Shown here one piece after another: positions 11,960 through 25,776 of a DNA stretch of 64,000 nt. Source of the stretch: Cycas panzhihuaensis (lineage: Eukaryota > Plantae > Cycadophyta); assembly GCA_023213395.1 (NCBI GenBank), contig CM041465.1, positions 189,541,741-189,605,740 on the forward strand, in the 5' to 3' direction. The notes under the pieces were generated by a model. The model saw only the letters and a program-made list of their open reading frames with translations, had not been told where the DNA came from and ran no database searches. Position 1 is the first letter of the stretch; each line of letters opens with the position of its first letter. Both the position numbers and the translations under genes were made by a program.

Positions 11960-14900
11960 CTGAGATGCTAAGTCCTCACAGCGTTGGAGATGAGGATGTT
12001 ACTAGATAAAATCGTCAAATTCCCAAGTAGCTTCATCTGCATCACAACCAACCCACTATACCAAGTGTTCAGAAATAGTGCAATTCCAAAGGTGGAATTG
12101 GTGACTCATAAGGATTTTATCAGGGGAATTATAAGAGTTTGCTCCTTAGAGAGAATGGGTAAGGTAATGTGAGGTGTAGCTTTAGCTCCAAGGTAATTTT
12201 TTAGGTAGGAAACATAGAAAATATTATAGATAGTGGTGTTTGGGGCAAGTTCAAGGGCATAGGCAACTTTACCAATTTTGTGAAGGATTTTATAAGGGCC
12301 ATAGTAATGGGGGCTTAGTTTATGCCCTTGATATGACTTAAGAGATTGTTGCTTATAAGGTTGGAGGCGAAGATATACTAGATCTCCAATATCAAAGGAT
12401 CAATTAGATTAGTGGTGGTCAGCAAGTTACTTTATTCAATTCTGGGTGACAGCTAAATTCTATCGAAGGGCATGTAAGATTTGGTCTATTTCTTGAGGTG
12501 TTTGTTGCATAGAAGCCATTTGAAAGTTTATGGCTAAGGTATGGTGGGAAGGGGGGTGGTAACCATAGAGGGACAAAAAGGGGGACATACCAATGGCAGA
12601 ATGATGAGAGGAGTTGTACCAATATTATGCCAAGGCAAGCTAGGAGGTCCACTTAGCTTAGTGTTCTGAGGCAAAGAAATGTAGATAAGTTTCTAGAGTT
12701 TTATTTAGCACCTTATATTAGCCATCCATTTATGGGTGGTAGGTAGAGCTCATGTTAAATGAGGTTCCAACATCCTTAAAGAGTTATTGCTAAAAGGAGC
12801 TAGTAAACTTGGGGACTCAGTCATAAATGATGGATGACTCGAAACCATAGAGGTGAAATATGAATTGGACATATAGGTCAATAAAAGTGGAGGATGTATA
12901 TGAGGTATGAACAAGAAGAAAATGTGAGTACTTAGTTAATCAATCAATGGCTATCCAAATAGAGTCAAATCTGACATATGGAGATAAGCCTGTGATGAAG
13001 TCCATGGAAATATCTTGCCACTTACTTTGTGGAATATTTAATAGTTAGAGGAGTCCAAGAAGAGATTTGGTCTCGATTTTATTTCACTAATAGGTGTTAC
13101 ATTCTAATATAAAGATGAATATAGTAGATTTCATATAGGGCCAAAAGAAATCTACACGAATTCAGTGATAAGTCTTATCGAAGCCTGAGTGGCCCATCAA
13201 GGGGAGAAGAGTGGCATTCTATTAGGATTTAGGTATGAATGAGGAGGAGGAGTGGACAAAGATGAGATTGTGATAGAGGAGATGAATGTTAAAGGTTGAC
13301 CAACCTTTATGGGTGAAAACTTTTTACTCCAGTTATGGTAGTCAAGCTGGGGTTGGCTTTCAACCCATAGTTCATCAAGCTAAAATGGTTGGGGATTACT
13401 TATGGCATGGAGGCTTGGGTTAGGAACATTGTCATCAAGGTGGAGATGTGGAAGGGCATCTGGAACTATATTATCTTTGTCTTTTTTATATGATATTGAG
13501 AAGTCAAATACTTATAGATGATGAACCCACTTAGCTTATTCTTCAAACAAGACTAACTAATCTAATAGATTATACAAGCTATGATGATCTATGAGAATAG
13601 TAAATTTAAAGCCTAAGAGATATTGCTACCATTTATCAATAGCGTGAAGAATAACTTTCACCTCCTTATATGTAAAGAAATGAAGCTCATGATCTTTTAA
13701 TTTCTGGCTTTCAAATGTAATATCATGAGAGCCTTGCATTAAGACTACACCTAACCCAAAACCCAAGGCATCATATTCAAGTTGGAAGAGTTGGTTGAAT
13801 TCAGGAGTGATGAGGACTAAGGTGGAGGTCATTATAACCTTGAGGTGAGAAAAAGCAACATCAGCTTTTAGAGACCATTGGAAAGCCTCTTTACAAAGAA
13901 GGCTGGTTAAGGGGGTAGTAAGAGTAGCATAATTATGCACAAAACATCGATAGAATCCTGTAAGCCTGATGAATGCTCATAGATGGGTAAAAGTGGTAGG
14001 TGTTGGCCAAGTTTTAATGACTGATATTTTATTAGGGTCTATGCATACCCCTTTCGATGATATGATATGTTCCTAGTATTTAAGTTCAGATTGTCCAAAC
14101 TCACACTTTGATAATTTTGCATAGAGTTGGTGGTTTTGTAATATTTGAAGAACAATTTCTAAGTATTGAATGTGGTCGTCAAGGTAGACACTATAAATAA
14201 GAATATCATCGAAGAAAACTATGATAAACTTTCGAAGATAAGGGCTAAAGATTTTATTCATAAGAGCTTGAAAAGTTGTTGGGGCATTACAAATGTTGAA
14301 GGGCATTGTATGAAACTCAAAATGGCCATGATGTATTCGAAATGCCATCTTATGGCAATCTTATGGGGTAATTAGGATTTGGTAGTAACCAAACTAAAGT
14401 TCTAACTTAGAAAAAATGGTTGCACCATGGATTTCATCTAGCATGTCATCTATGCAAGGGTTGGGGAACTTATTTTTAATAGTCATTTTATTTAGTTCCC
14501 TATAATCAATGTAGAGGTGGAAGGATCCATCCTTCTTCCTAACTAAGATAATTGGGGCTACATAAGGGCTTTTATTTAGTTGGATTATGCCCATGTCAAG
14601 GAGCTTAGTTATGAGTTTCTCAATTTTAGTCTTTTAAAAGTATGAATTATGGTAGGGTCTAAGGCTAATAGGACCATGGTTGGATTAGAGGTCAATTGTA
14701 TAATACAAGCCATGGTTGAGAGGGATAGTAGCAGGCAAAGGAGCAAATACTTATTCATATTGGGTAATGATGTCATGGATGCATGGATGAATTTGTGATT
14801 TGATTTGAATATTATTCAGGTGGACTATATACCCTAGGTGAGATTGAATATGGCATTTCATGCATTTGGGAGAGACCACTTGGTTAGGAGGGGATTGCAT

Positions 14901-16380
14901 TATATAAATTTTATGATTTTAACCCATTTGGTCTTTGAAGGTAATGAATGGGTTAATAGGTGAGTTATTCATGCTATAGGTTCCTAAGGTTTGCAACCAC
15001 TAAATCCCCAAGATAGCATTAAATCCTCCTATTGACAAGATATAAAAATATGATACCAAAAGGTAGGAGTCAATTTGGACTTGGAGGTTTTTAATAACAC
15101 CTACACATTGGAGTTTTGGTAGCCTAGCAGAGAATAAGTGAATCCAGTTTTTGGTATGATATAAAGGTTAAGTTATCCAGATATAGAAATATAGACATTA
15201 GAGCCTTATGAAGGATGCCTCTAACTTGTAGGGGTTTAAGATAAGAGGAGGTGGTGATAATAGATATGAATACTTTAAGGGTGGGGTCTGGGATAGGGTC
15301 ATCATGGGTTTTATCATCGACCTTATGTTCATAGTTAGACTCAAAGGATTCATCAAGGGAGAGGGATGGGTCAATGGAGAAGACCATACATTACACTTTG
15401 TAGAAATAACCATGCCTGGAAGTCCACTTTTCTACACATTGCATATAAAGGCTAGCCTCTAGTTAGAGTTGTGCTTCAACTTGAAAAAATTGGGCTCTTT
15501 TGGTATATATGTCATCATTTTGTCAATCGGTAGATGGGTGGGTAGGATCATCATGTCACAGTCAAGGACATGTGAAGTCATCTTGAGGATAGGGGGCATC
15601 ATCAAATTGAGGTCGTGGTCACTAGAAGTCTAACTATCAAGTGTGTGAGAATCAAGAGTTATCCCAACGAGTAGATGAGGGTCTATCTGCTACAAACTCA
15701 GCTTCTACTATACGAACCCACTTGAATGCTTCCTTAAGGGAGTAGATTACCATTCTCTTTAATCTAAATTGAATATGATCTTGGAGTCCCACTATATAAA
15801 TATCAATCACTGCTTGTCTGTCCAAGTTTTAGATTTATAGTGTACAATTTTATAAAGCTTGAAATTCATCAGTGTAAGCCTCTACTATTGTGATTTGCTT
15901 AAACCAAGTAACTTATATGAAGAAAGATCGACTCTATATATCCTCATACTATTTAAAGAAACAACTGGTGAAGTGGGACCATGTTTGGTGAGAGGGATAT
16001 TCTTGCTTCCACTAGTTGAACCAATGGTAAGCTTGACCATCTAAGTGAATGGAGGTATATAAGAGTTGGTCCTCCTCTAATATTGGGTGGAGTGTGAAGT
16101 AGGATTCTAACTTGTTAATCCAGCTCTGAGTTCACTCTCTATTCACATTTGGATCAAAGGCAGGAATGTTGATTTTATGGTGAAACAAAGGTTGCCTTGG
16201 TGGAGAACCTCCTATAGGTGCATTGCTTCCTTGAAAAGGGGGAGGTTGTTTGCCTATCATATTAGAAGTTCCTATGCTTTAGAGTTGAGGTAGAAACAAC
16301 TATTGGAGTTGAGTGAGAATCTCTTGTTTAGTGCAATCAAGACTAGATTTAGTAGGTGTTCCATCGAGTTTATTATTGAC
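11960..16380 (-). pseudogene. gag-PR-RT-RH-INT-chromodomain of element B
   Basis: SPYVAPIILVRKKDGS, IVFFDDILIYS, YDALGFGLGVVLMQ, gag WINKLESYF; chromodomain EHLV*WVGCDADEATWE at about 12020-12080. Confidence 0.92.
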
Positions 16381-17282
16381 CTATATTTTAAAGTTGGACA
16401 AGTCATTGTACAAATTAGAAATTCTCTCTACTTGAGTTTTTTCCATTGGAGTTAAAGAAGAGGATTAACGAAGCAGGAATAAGTAGAGAGAAGGGAAATA
16501 GACGAAGTAGGATAGATTGAGAAAGAACGAGATATAAGAACGGGTGAGTTGTTATAGGGGAGAGAAGCGGAAAATAGGATGTGGGGTGTTTATAGCCTCT
16601 TGACCCCAAATTTTACATAAACAATATATTTGACACATGAAAGAAAGTATGAAAAGCTCATCTGAATGGGGTGTATGAGATTTAAGGTGAATTTGAAGTG
16701 GTGGGGCCCACTAGTGACCCATGTACCAAAAGCATGGAAATTGTTGGCATAAACTAACCTAGTATAAAATAACCAATATGATGTACTAATCAAACTGGGG
16801 TATATAAGTTATAAGGGTAATTTTTTTTTACACTATGAAGAGTGACTCCATTTTTTTTTTTTTACTTTTCTTTTTGCTTCTTCTCTCTTTCTTTTTTTTT
16901 TCCTCTTCTGGAAAGTTTGACTGCTCTAATAAGTTCTGAATTCAGATAGTAAGTAGAAATTGGTCTCTTTTTTTTTTCTTTTTTTTTTTAAATATATGTG
17001 ATGCCTTACGATCTTAATTAGAAAAGGGAGTAGGTGAAGTAGAACAAAAATGATCATATGTGTCCTGCCAACTACTAGACGAGGTGTGCTTAGTCAGATA
17101 GGCCTACCAATAAACTTCTGATGTAGAAGTTCGAGGTAGGTAGCTTCATGGTACTATCTATTAACCACTGCACTAAAATTTTATCAACTAATAGTTTACC
17201 TATACTAGACAGGATTTGGGATCCTAAAGGGGTCCTCTTATATACCTGAAGGTGAAAGAGGTTAATGTATCAAGGTTATTTG

Positions 17283-17708
17283 TGAAGGAAAATATATTTG
17301 CAGGAGAATAGGGCAAAACGTATATCAAATAACCATAAACCAATATTGCATCAATACATCAATATATCACAATCACAATAGCATAAACCATGAAAGCATT
17401 ATTATTCAATCCATTGTAGCAGAAATGAGTATTATAAATTTCTCAAATGGAGGTAGTGTCTAAAGACACCAGGGTTGCACACCCCTCAATATTTATAATT
17501 TGGAGGAGGAGGGAAAGTTCTCAACCCCTGAATTCAAAATAATAATAAAATAATATTCACTTAACTCAAATAAAACTAACTCAACTTAACATAAAACAAA
17601 GTTAAACTTACCTTGACATGTTGAGCATCACATGTCTAAATTGAAGATGGTTAGGTGTACAATCCTGGTTGAAAGGTGGGAGTGGAGTGATGACAATTAA
17701 CTCCAACA
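17283..17708 (-). mobile_element. Solo LTR (426 bp) related to the LTRs of element D
   Basis: TG...CA ends with perfect TSD ATTTG. It splits the 5' LTR of C, whose two halves rejoin to match the 3' LTR. Shares blocks such as TCAACCCCTGAATTCAAA and GAGTGATGACA with 41130-41666. Confidence 0.93.
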
Positions 17709-19904
17709 ATTTGTGTAGATTAATTATGTGACCTTAGGATATATTATTAGCATTAGTCTCTTAATGAAATACACTTTATGTGCATTTAGATGTAATTTCG
17801 GGTTCATGTCATTAGGCGAGAAAATCTTAACCCTAATGCTCACCCTCAATAATAAAAGGTAAAATCTCAAGGAGGGAGTCATTATTCATTCTCACCTCCA
17901 TTCTTGCTCTCATATCTTGTTTCATCTTCTTTTTCATTCTATATTGCCATTGTGTGCATGTGAGTGATTTATCTCCTAGATCCATCCTTCCTTCATGTGA
18001 TATCAGAGCTAAAAGGGGATCTATTCACTCCATTCCACTTGCATGGAGTCATTTTACCTCTCCTTCACCTTCAATGTGAAGTATTGAGAGTGCATTCATT
18101 ATTTTTTAACATTTTGAGAGCTTAAAATTATAGTATTTTGAATGTTGCTACTTTGTCCATATGTGAAAAAATTTAGAGGTGAAGAATACAGGATTTTGAA
18201 GCCGTTTAACTGTCAGAACAGTCCCAAAAATATTAAAGGCCTAAATTTTCATAAAGCATTGACCATCTCAGAATTTAATGAAATTTGGCATGCAATGTCA
18301 CCTTGACTAGGGGATCATTTTTGTTTTCTAGAGAAACTTATGATTTAGCCTACCACAATGAGTTTTAGCTATGAAAAAAAGGTAAATTTTGTGGATAAGT
18401 AATTTAAAGCACTTTTTCTAATGAAATCCTTTAATTATAAGTTGAAGATCTGAAAGTTTTATTAAGGTGTCTAGTATATTTATGTATTAAGATTAGTTTA
18501 AGATAAATCTCATCAAATTTCATCCACTAGTTAGTGAGATCTATGTAGTTTTCTCACGGTTGTTGATTTTGCCTACTCAACCCCACAAAGAACCTTGCAA
18601 GGGCATTTTGGGTAAATGTTTTATAGATTTTGTAGATGGTGTAGAAGGAAAAGTTAATGTACATGTCAAAACATAACTTTCTACATATTGAAGTCTAGAT
18701 TATGAGATAGTTGATCTAGCATGATTTTACTTTGGTGCTTTTTCAGGTAGAAAATTTTTTGTGCCTTTTCTGAAATATGACTTCACAACTATATCATAAA
18801 TTACATTCTGAACACTTTTTCCTTCTGTCATAAATTCATATTTTATCATTTAGGCCTTCATATTTGTAATTTTTAAAAGTTTACCCATTTATCATTATTT
18901 GTAAATTTTGTGAAAAAATCACAAAATAGGGCAAAATAGCATGTATATAGATTTAGAAAAATCATCATTTTAGTAGCACATTGATCCACTTTTTAACCCA
19001 TTGTGGCTTTTGTATCAAAACTTCCAAAATCATATTTGGAAACAATGTACTAAAGCAAGGGAAACCTTAGATCAGAAGCAACATCCAGTTCCCTTGCTAA
19101 ATCTAGCATGCTTTTTCTATTTGCACACATAGCATAAAGCATCAAAAAAGTAGCAACAACAATAAAGTATCACGAAAGTAGCAACAATAACAAAGCAAGC
19201 AATCACATTTGGTAAGTTTTTATTTCAATTTTCAGTTATACGGAAATGTCTTACACTATTCCTAAAAGGAATCTCATCTGGATAATCCCAAGGTTGGCCA
19301 AAGTCCAAGCCCTAAGGGAGGTGTGAGTTTCATACTAGGTCTGGTCTTAACTAGAATAATGGTGGAGGAATAGGTTAGCCATACCTATGACCTCCAATAA
19401 GGGATAATCCTGATAACTACCTGGGAAAACTGAAAACCTTAATGTAAGATTAAAATTAACCCAGTCCAATATCTGTCATAGCCGTGGGATACATAGTACC
19501 GTTTGACTCTTCAGAGGAGGTATATAGCTACTCATTGGTGAACTGGGAGTACCTGGGCTCTACTATGACTTGGATTTCATCACCAAGCGCAGGTGCGAGT
19601 ATCGCAGGTGAAGGCGCTAATTATATACTAGAAGCCTTAGGCATCGAAACCTCACCTACATTTGGACATAAATGAGAGGTTAGTGGCATGACATATCACC
19701 ACTCTTTGCCAGCTTTACATTAGGCCTCATTCTTGCATCATTACTTATATTCTTTTTTTTTATATATAATTGTTGAAAAATACTTAATCATTACTTGCTT
19801 CTCATTATAACAATCATTTATACATCCCTGTTACACCAGGTGTACTAGCCACACGTGTCAGTGACACATACTTCTATCATCTCTTCTACTTCTTCATCAT
19901 CACC

Positions 19905-22900
19905 ATGTCATCTCAATTCAAGCAAAATGTTAACTGCATATTGAAAGGTAAAGAAATTTTGGATATATGGTGCACTAGAATTAAAAATGTTGCAAAGTAT
20001 GAAGGCCTTTGGAGAGCCCACTTGCAGCCTACACCTAGCATACCAGCAATGACTACAATAGCTACTTCCAGTGGATTCATCCCAATAGCTCCTATAGATG
20101 TTGCAACTAAACTACAATGGGAGATAGATGATGAAAAGATTCATGTAGGAATTTTGTTGGTCATTGATCACTCCTTGCATAACTTGATAAACGAAAAGGA
20201 ACATGATACAGCCTAGAAGGTCCTAGAAGTTCTTAGAAAGAACTTTGATACAAAGTCATATTTATAATTTGTTCATCTTATTTTGAAAATGAACAAATTA
20301 AAAATGTAGAAGGGACAAGCTCATAAGACAATAAATCTCTTTTGACCAATCAAACAAGCAATTGACAATGACTTTAGGACCCAATGCATCACTTGGGTAT
20401 TTTTGATCCAGTCATGTTTACATGTCCCCGATTATAAAAACTTGCTTGGAAGTCTTCAATCTAGTGGAACATTGAAGATACTTAACTTCGAAGCACTTGC
20501 TGAGAAGTTCATAGAATTTGAGAAGACTTTTGATACAAACTTTGTAGCCTCTGACTCTCTTCCAGATGCAGTCTTTGAAGTAGAAGAAGAAGTTTGTTAT
20601 ACAAAAAATCAAGGTCCCTCTCATGGCAGAGGAAATAACTAAGCAAGAGGAAGAGGAAGAAATATGGGAAATCGTCCACAAGGTCAATCAAACCCTCAAT
20701 CACAACCTTGACAATTTCAAGGCCAAGGGCCACCTCAACAAAGAGAAAGATAGTCAGGCCAAACCAGTACTTCTTCAGGGACTGGTAATTAAACTATTAT
20801 GTGTGATCAGTGTAACCATAAAAGACACTTAGCAAAAGATTGCAGAACTGGCACTTATAAGTTGGCCAAGTTCCAACCAAAACATGGAGCTTACAATGTT
20901 GAAGAAACTTGTGAAGAATCCTTTGGTGGTGCAGGTTTTACATAAGCACACATTCAAAGAATTAAGGGATCCTCAGTATCAAATGCCGTTGACCAACCAA
21001 AGAGATACTTTGAAGCTCGGTGTGGATATATCACTTGTGAATTCCCTTCACCTATGCCAATCCCTATTGGAATTGCCAATAGTGTGGCTTCAATCGACGG
21101 ACAGTGGATCATGGACATAGGAGCAACTCAATATATGACATGTAATCATAGTCTATATCAAACATTTGACTCAAATATTCATGGAGTTGTTTACCTTGTT
21201 GATAAATCATAATAACCTATTGAAGGAATTGGCAACATTCGCCTGAAACTCCCAGGCTTAGAAGATTTTACATTGCTTTTTGTCTTATACATATACAATC
21301 TCAAACAAACCTACTCTCTTTATCCACACTTATTTCTCATGGATTTGATCTGAGTGTAACCGTAAATGACTAAACTCTCAAGGTCATTCACCCTCTAACT
21401 AATCAGGTGGTTTTAACTAGACATCTCTTTGGCAAACTCTTTTGACTGAATGACTCTCCTTCTTTTGAAGCCCATTATGCCCAAAGCCCTTGTGTCGATG
21501 AAGAATTTATATTTAATTCCATCTTGACCCATCCAACATTGTCACCAAAAGCTCTTTGGTATACTTGCATGGGCCATGTTCACATTGATAGACTTAGAGA
21601 TCTTTCTAACACTCTTCTAAACCTTCCAAAGTTTTCCTCTAAGCCCTTTAAATGTGAAGCTTGTATCATTGTCAAATCCCATTGATAACCCTTTCCCAAA
21701 AGTCAGTGGAAATCAAGCCATCCATTAGAATTAGTACACTCTAATTTATGTGGGTCAATGCCCATTCCTTCACTGAAGGGCAAGCTATATTACATCTCTT
21801 TCATTGATGATTTTATTAGAAAAGTATGGGTAGCTTTTCTACACAAGAAAGATGAAGCATCCCGTATATTCAAGGAATTCAAAGCCCTCACTGAAAAAGA
21901 GTCAGGTTATTAACTCAAATATTTTTGAACTGATAATGGTGGCAAATATACCTTACATGAGTTTGAAAACTACCTTCGAGACAATGGCATCAAGCATCAA
22001 ACAATAGTAGCAGGTACCCCACAGTAAAATAGAGTTGTCGAGCGTATGAATAGGATAATCATGAACATGGCTCGTGCTATGCTAATATACAAAAATGTAC
22101 CTGCCTATCTATGGGCTAAAGCAATCCAGACAGTTGTTTATTGTATCAATGATGTTATCCCATCAAAGGAATATAATCACCTAATAAAAAGTGGTCTGGA
22201 CAAGCCCTCATTGTTCACTACTTTAAATTTTTTGGCTCTATATGATATGCCCATATTCTAGATGCAAATCGAAATAAACTCCAGCCAAGGGCACTTAAAG
22301 GCATCTTTGTTGGATACCCTATGGATAAGAAAGGGTATAAGGTCTTCATACCTTTATAATGAAAAATCATCATTACTAGAGATGTCATTTTTGCAGAGAC
22401 AGAGGATCAGTTACTTAAACTAGACTCTATAGTAACCCTCACGCCACTACAATCATGTTATCAAGTATGATGTTCAGATTCTAAAATTTGGGAGGGGGGT
22501 ATACATAAATTACTCCAAATGTTGGAAGCTAATAATAAATCCTTAGAGGATACAAGTTGTGACTCTAAACCAATGAGTGCATATCCAACACCATCTTTTG
22601 AAGATAGCGAAGTTGACAAAGGTAAAGCCATTATAGAAGAACCATCCTCTCCACCTTCAGTTGACAAAGGCAAAACAGTGGTAGAAGAACCATCTTCCTC
22701 AGGCACATCAACATCCTCCTCACAAAATAATCATTTTAATGAACATGATGAGAACCAAGAAGTTGGGTAAATGAGGACATCATTCCCAACTCAAGGATCT
22801 CGAGAAGCTCACTAGCTCAATAAGGACATACAACCAGATGAGGTGGGGAAAACTGGCACTTGAACTACCTATAGAGCAAGGATATAGGAATTATTATATA

Positions 22901-24480
22901 CTGAGCTTGAACCAATAGAATTACACCTTACTCTTAATGAAGAACCCTTAACGTACCAAGAAGCTATAAAGCATACAACTTGGAGAAATGCCATGAATAA
23001 AGAGTACCAATCTCTTATCAAGAACGATACATGGGAGCGCATTGATCTACCACTTGGCAGAAAGGTAGTTCAAAATAAATGGGTGTTCAAAAATAAATAT
23101 AGATCAGATGACACCCTTGAAAAATATAAAGTAAGGTTGGTAGCTAAAGGATTTACACAAAGGGAAGGTATTGACTACACTAAAGTCTTTGCATCTATAA
23201 CCAAGTGGCCTACAATTAGAACTCTTATGGCCTTGGCTACTCAACAGGGTTGGAAAATCCAGCAACTCGATATTAAGACCACGTTTCTCAATGGAGATCT
23301 TAAAGAAGAAATTTATATGGCTTAGCCAGAAGGATATGAGATTGAAGGTCAAGAGCATAAGGTTTGTAGGCTCAGAAAGTCCTTGTATGGCCTTAAACAA
23401 GCCCCTCACGCTTGGTTTGCCAAGTTGTCTAAAAGGATGAGGCAACTTAGATACAAGGTTTGTGACTACCAAGATATTGATGTAATGTTGTTCATCAAGC
23501 ACCATAAGGATAAAGTCACTTATCTCATAATCTTTGTGGATGATATGCTAGTAATAAGTAATAGTGAAGAGGCAATAAGCCAGTTGAAAAAGGACCTTGG
23601 TAAAACGTTCGAATTGTCTGACCTTGGTTTGATGAAATATTACTTAGGAATTGAAGTAACACTAAAGAATGGAAAAATTTTTCTCTCCTAAGAAAAAAAC
23701 ATCAATGATCTTCTAACCAAGTTTCAATTAGAAGTTGCTCGACCAGTGATGTTCTCTATGGACCCTAACACCAAACTCTTAGTTGAAAGTGACACTAGGG
23801 CGGTATATGCAACACTCTACAGGAAACTTGTAGGTAGTCTCATCTACACTACCAATACAAGGTCAGATATTATACACTTTGTCAGTATTCTTGCTCATTA
23901 TATGACAAATCTTAAGCAGAATCATTGGTAGATAGCCATGCGAGTATTGAGATACCATAAGACAACCAACAAATATGGTCTATTGTATGAAACTGATTTA
24001 GACTTCAAACTTTCTATATACACAGACTCAGACTTTATAGGAGATAAAGATACATGAAGATCTATGTCTGGGTATGTAATGTTTCTTGGAACAACATCAA
24101 TATCATGGAGATCCAGACGGTAGAAGATAGTTGTAGATTCAACTATCAAAGCTGAATACATTGCTACTTCTTAGACCAGTAAAGAGGTGATATGGCTAAG
24201 AAAATTATTGGAAACATTAAATATCACCCAAACAAGTCCTACGAGTCTTCATGTGGGTAATCAATCAATAATTTGCATGGCGAAAAATCCTATATTTCAG
24301 GTCATACCAAACACATAAGTACGAAAGTCCACAGGATTAAGGAACTTGTTCATGACAGCACAATTCAATTGGATTACTGTCCCATAACAGATCAAGTGGC
24401 CATTATCTTCACCAAACTGCTGCAAAGGGCGAAGTTTGAATAGTTTCAAAGGTAGCTTAGCCTTAGGGTCTCCATCTTTG
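19905..24480 (+). pseudogene. copia gag-pol of element C
   Basis: gag from ATG 19905 with zinc knuckle CDQCNHKRHLAKDC (about 20800); protease-like WIMDIGATQYM; integrase ERMNRIIMNMARAML; RT YKVRLVAKGFTQREGIDY, LYGLKQAP, IFVDDML; RNase H. Stops and frameshifts throughout. Confidence 0.95.
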
Positions 24481-24932
24481 ATTGATCAAAGAAGATGGCA
24501 ATAGGATTATCGTACTCTATTCTATTCATGAAAACCCCGTATGGGCATGGAAGAATAAGAGTAAGTCTCTGCTCTATCCTCTTTGTGAAATCCCCATGTG
24601 AGCACGGAAGGATAAGGGTTGTACTTATTTTGGAAAATGAGAACCTGTGAAAACCCAAAAGGGCATAGGAGATAACCAAATAGTATATGGAGACTTAATA
24701 AATTAAGCTACACATTTAAGATGCTTGGCTATCAGGCTACATCAAAGAGTCACCTTAGCTATTTTGATTTATAAAAGGGGTTAGAGATCTTAGAAAGTTT
24801 GTGGGTTTTTATTCCCCATGAGGGTTTTCCCACAAAAGTGTTATTTAGAATTTCAATGTAATAATGAGGCTCAAATGAAGACCTCATAGAATAAATTTTC
24901 TGAAAATGACCTTCCACCATTAAGGCAAGGAT

Positions 24933-25243
24933 TGAAAGATGTTAATGTATCAAGGTCATTTGTGTAGATTAATTATGTGACCTTAGGATATATTATTAGC
25001 ATTAATCTCTTAATGAAATGCACTTTATGTGCATTTAGATGTAATTTTGGGTTCATGTCATTAGGCGAGAAATCCTAACCCTAATGCTCACCCTCAATAA
25101 TAAAAGATGAAATATCAAGGAGGGAGTCATTATTCATTCTTACCTCCATTCTTGCTCTCATATCTTGTTTCATCTTCTTTTTCATTCTCCATTGCCATTG
25201 TGTGCATGTGAGTGATTTGTCTCCTAAAACCATCATTCCTTTA
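24933..25243 (+). repeat. 3' LTR of element C
   Basis: Closely matches 17253-17282 joined to 17714-17995. Confidence 0.95.
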
Positions 25244-25776
25244 GAAGGTACATGGAGGCACACTTTCATAGCTAGGTTCTACTTAGGCCTTGGTTTAGGA
25301 GTGTTATCTCTAGTCCTTCATGTAAGAGGTAGAAAATCTATTATGCACTTAGCCAGAATGATAGATTCCTGTGATATTTAAAGACCCCCAATATAGAATC
25401 TCTACCTAACTACTTGGGTAGCTACCCAATAGTGTTATCTACCTAGGAAAGAGAGATGAGAGGGGAAAAGGGTATCTACGTAGTGGTATTATCTACCCTT
25501 GGAATATAACTCAATACTAAAATTAAAATAAAGAAACTAAAAACTAAATGAAAAGTAGAAAAATAAATTATTAGCATTACCTAGAAGAAGAAATTCTCCT
25601 TCCCTCATGACTCTTGAGTTGTCTTGGTACTATTCCTCAATCTCTATGGGGAGAGTACTAAGTAAAGGTCTTTCCTCAATCTCTACCTGGGCAAAAAGAG
25701 TACTTGATCTAACAGGAAAAAAAAAATAATTTTCTAGGCAGTTTCCCATGATTGCAAATGCAGCTCTGATATCACT

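Larger units (their letters stand above)
17253..25243 (+). mobile_element. Ty1/copia element C, nested in the leader region of B
   Basis: 5' LTR 17253-17995 (split by a solo LTR); 3' LTR 24933-25243; TSD GAAGG (17248-17252 and 25244-25248); PBS TGATATCAGAGC at 17998-18009; PPT at about 24921-24932. Confidence 0.95.

Noticed and set aside
19270-19330. Twister-ribozyme-like string TAATCCC...GTCCAAGCCCTAAGGGAGG
   Set aside because: P4 pairing is poor and the conserved GAGG pseudoknot strand after P2 is not in register. It would need an Infernal hit to the twister models.
19600-19660. Hammerhead-like topology (hairpin-GAAA-stem)
   Set aside because: No CUGANGA core and no UH cleavage site. The CTGATGA/TCATCAG matches I noticed elsewhere also lack the remaining core.
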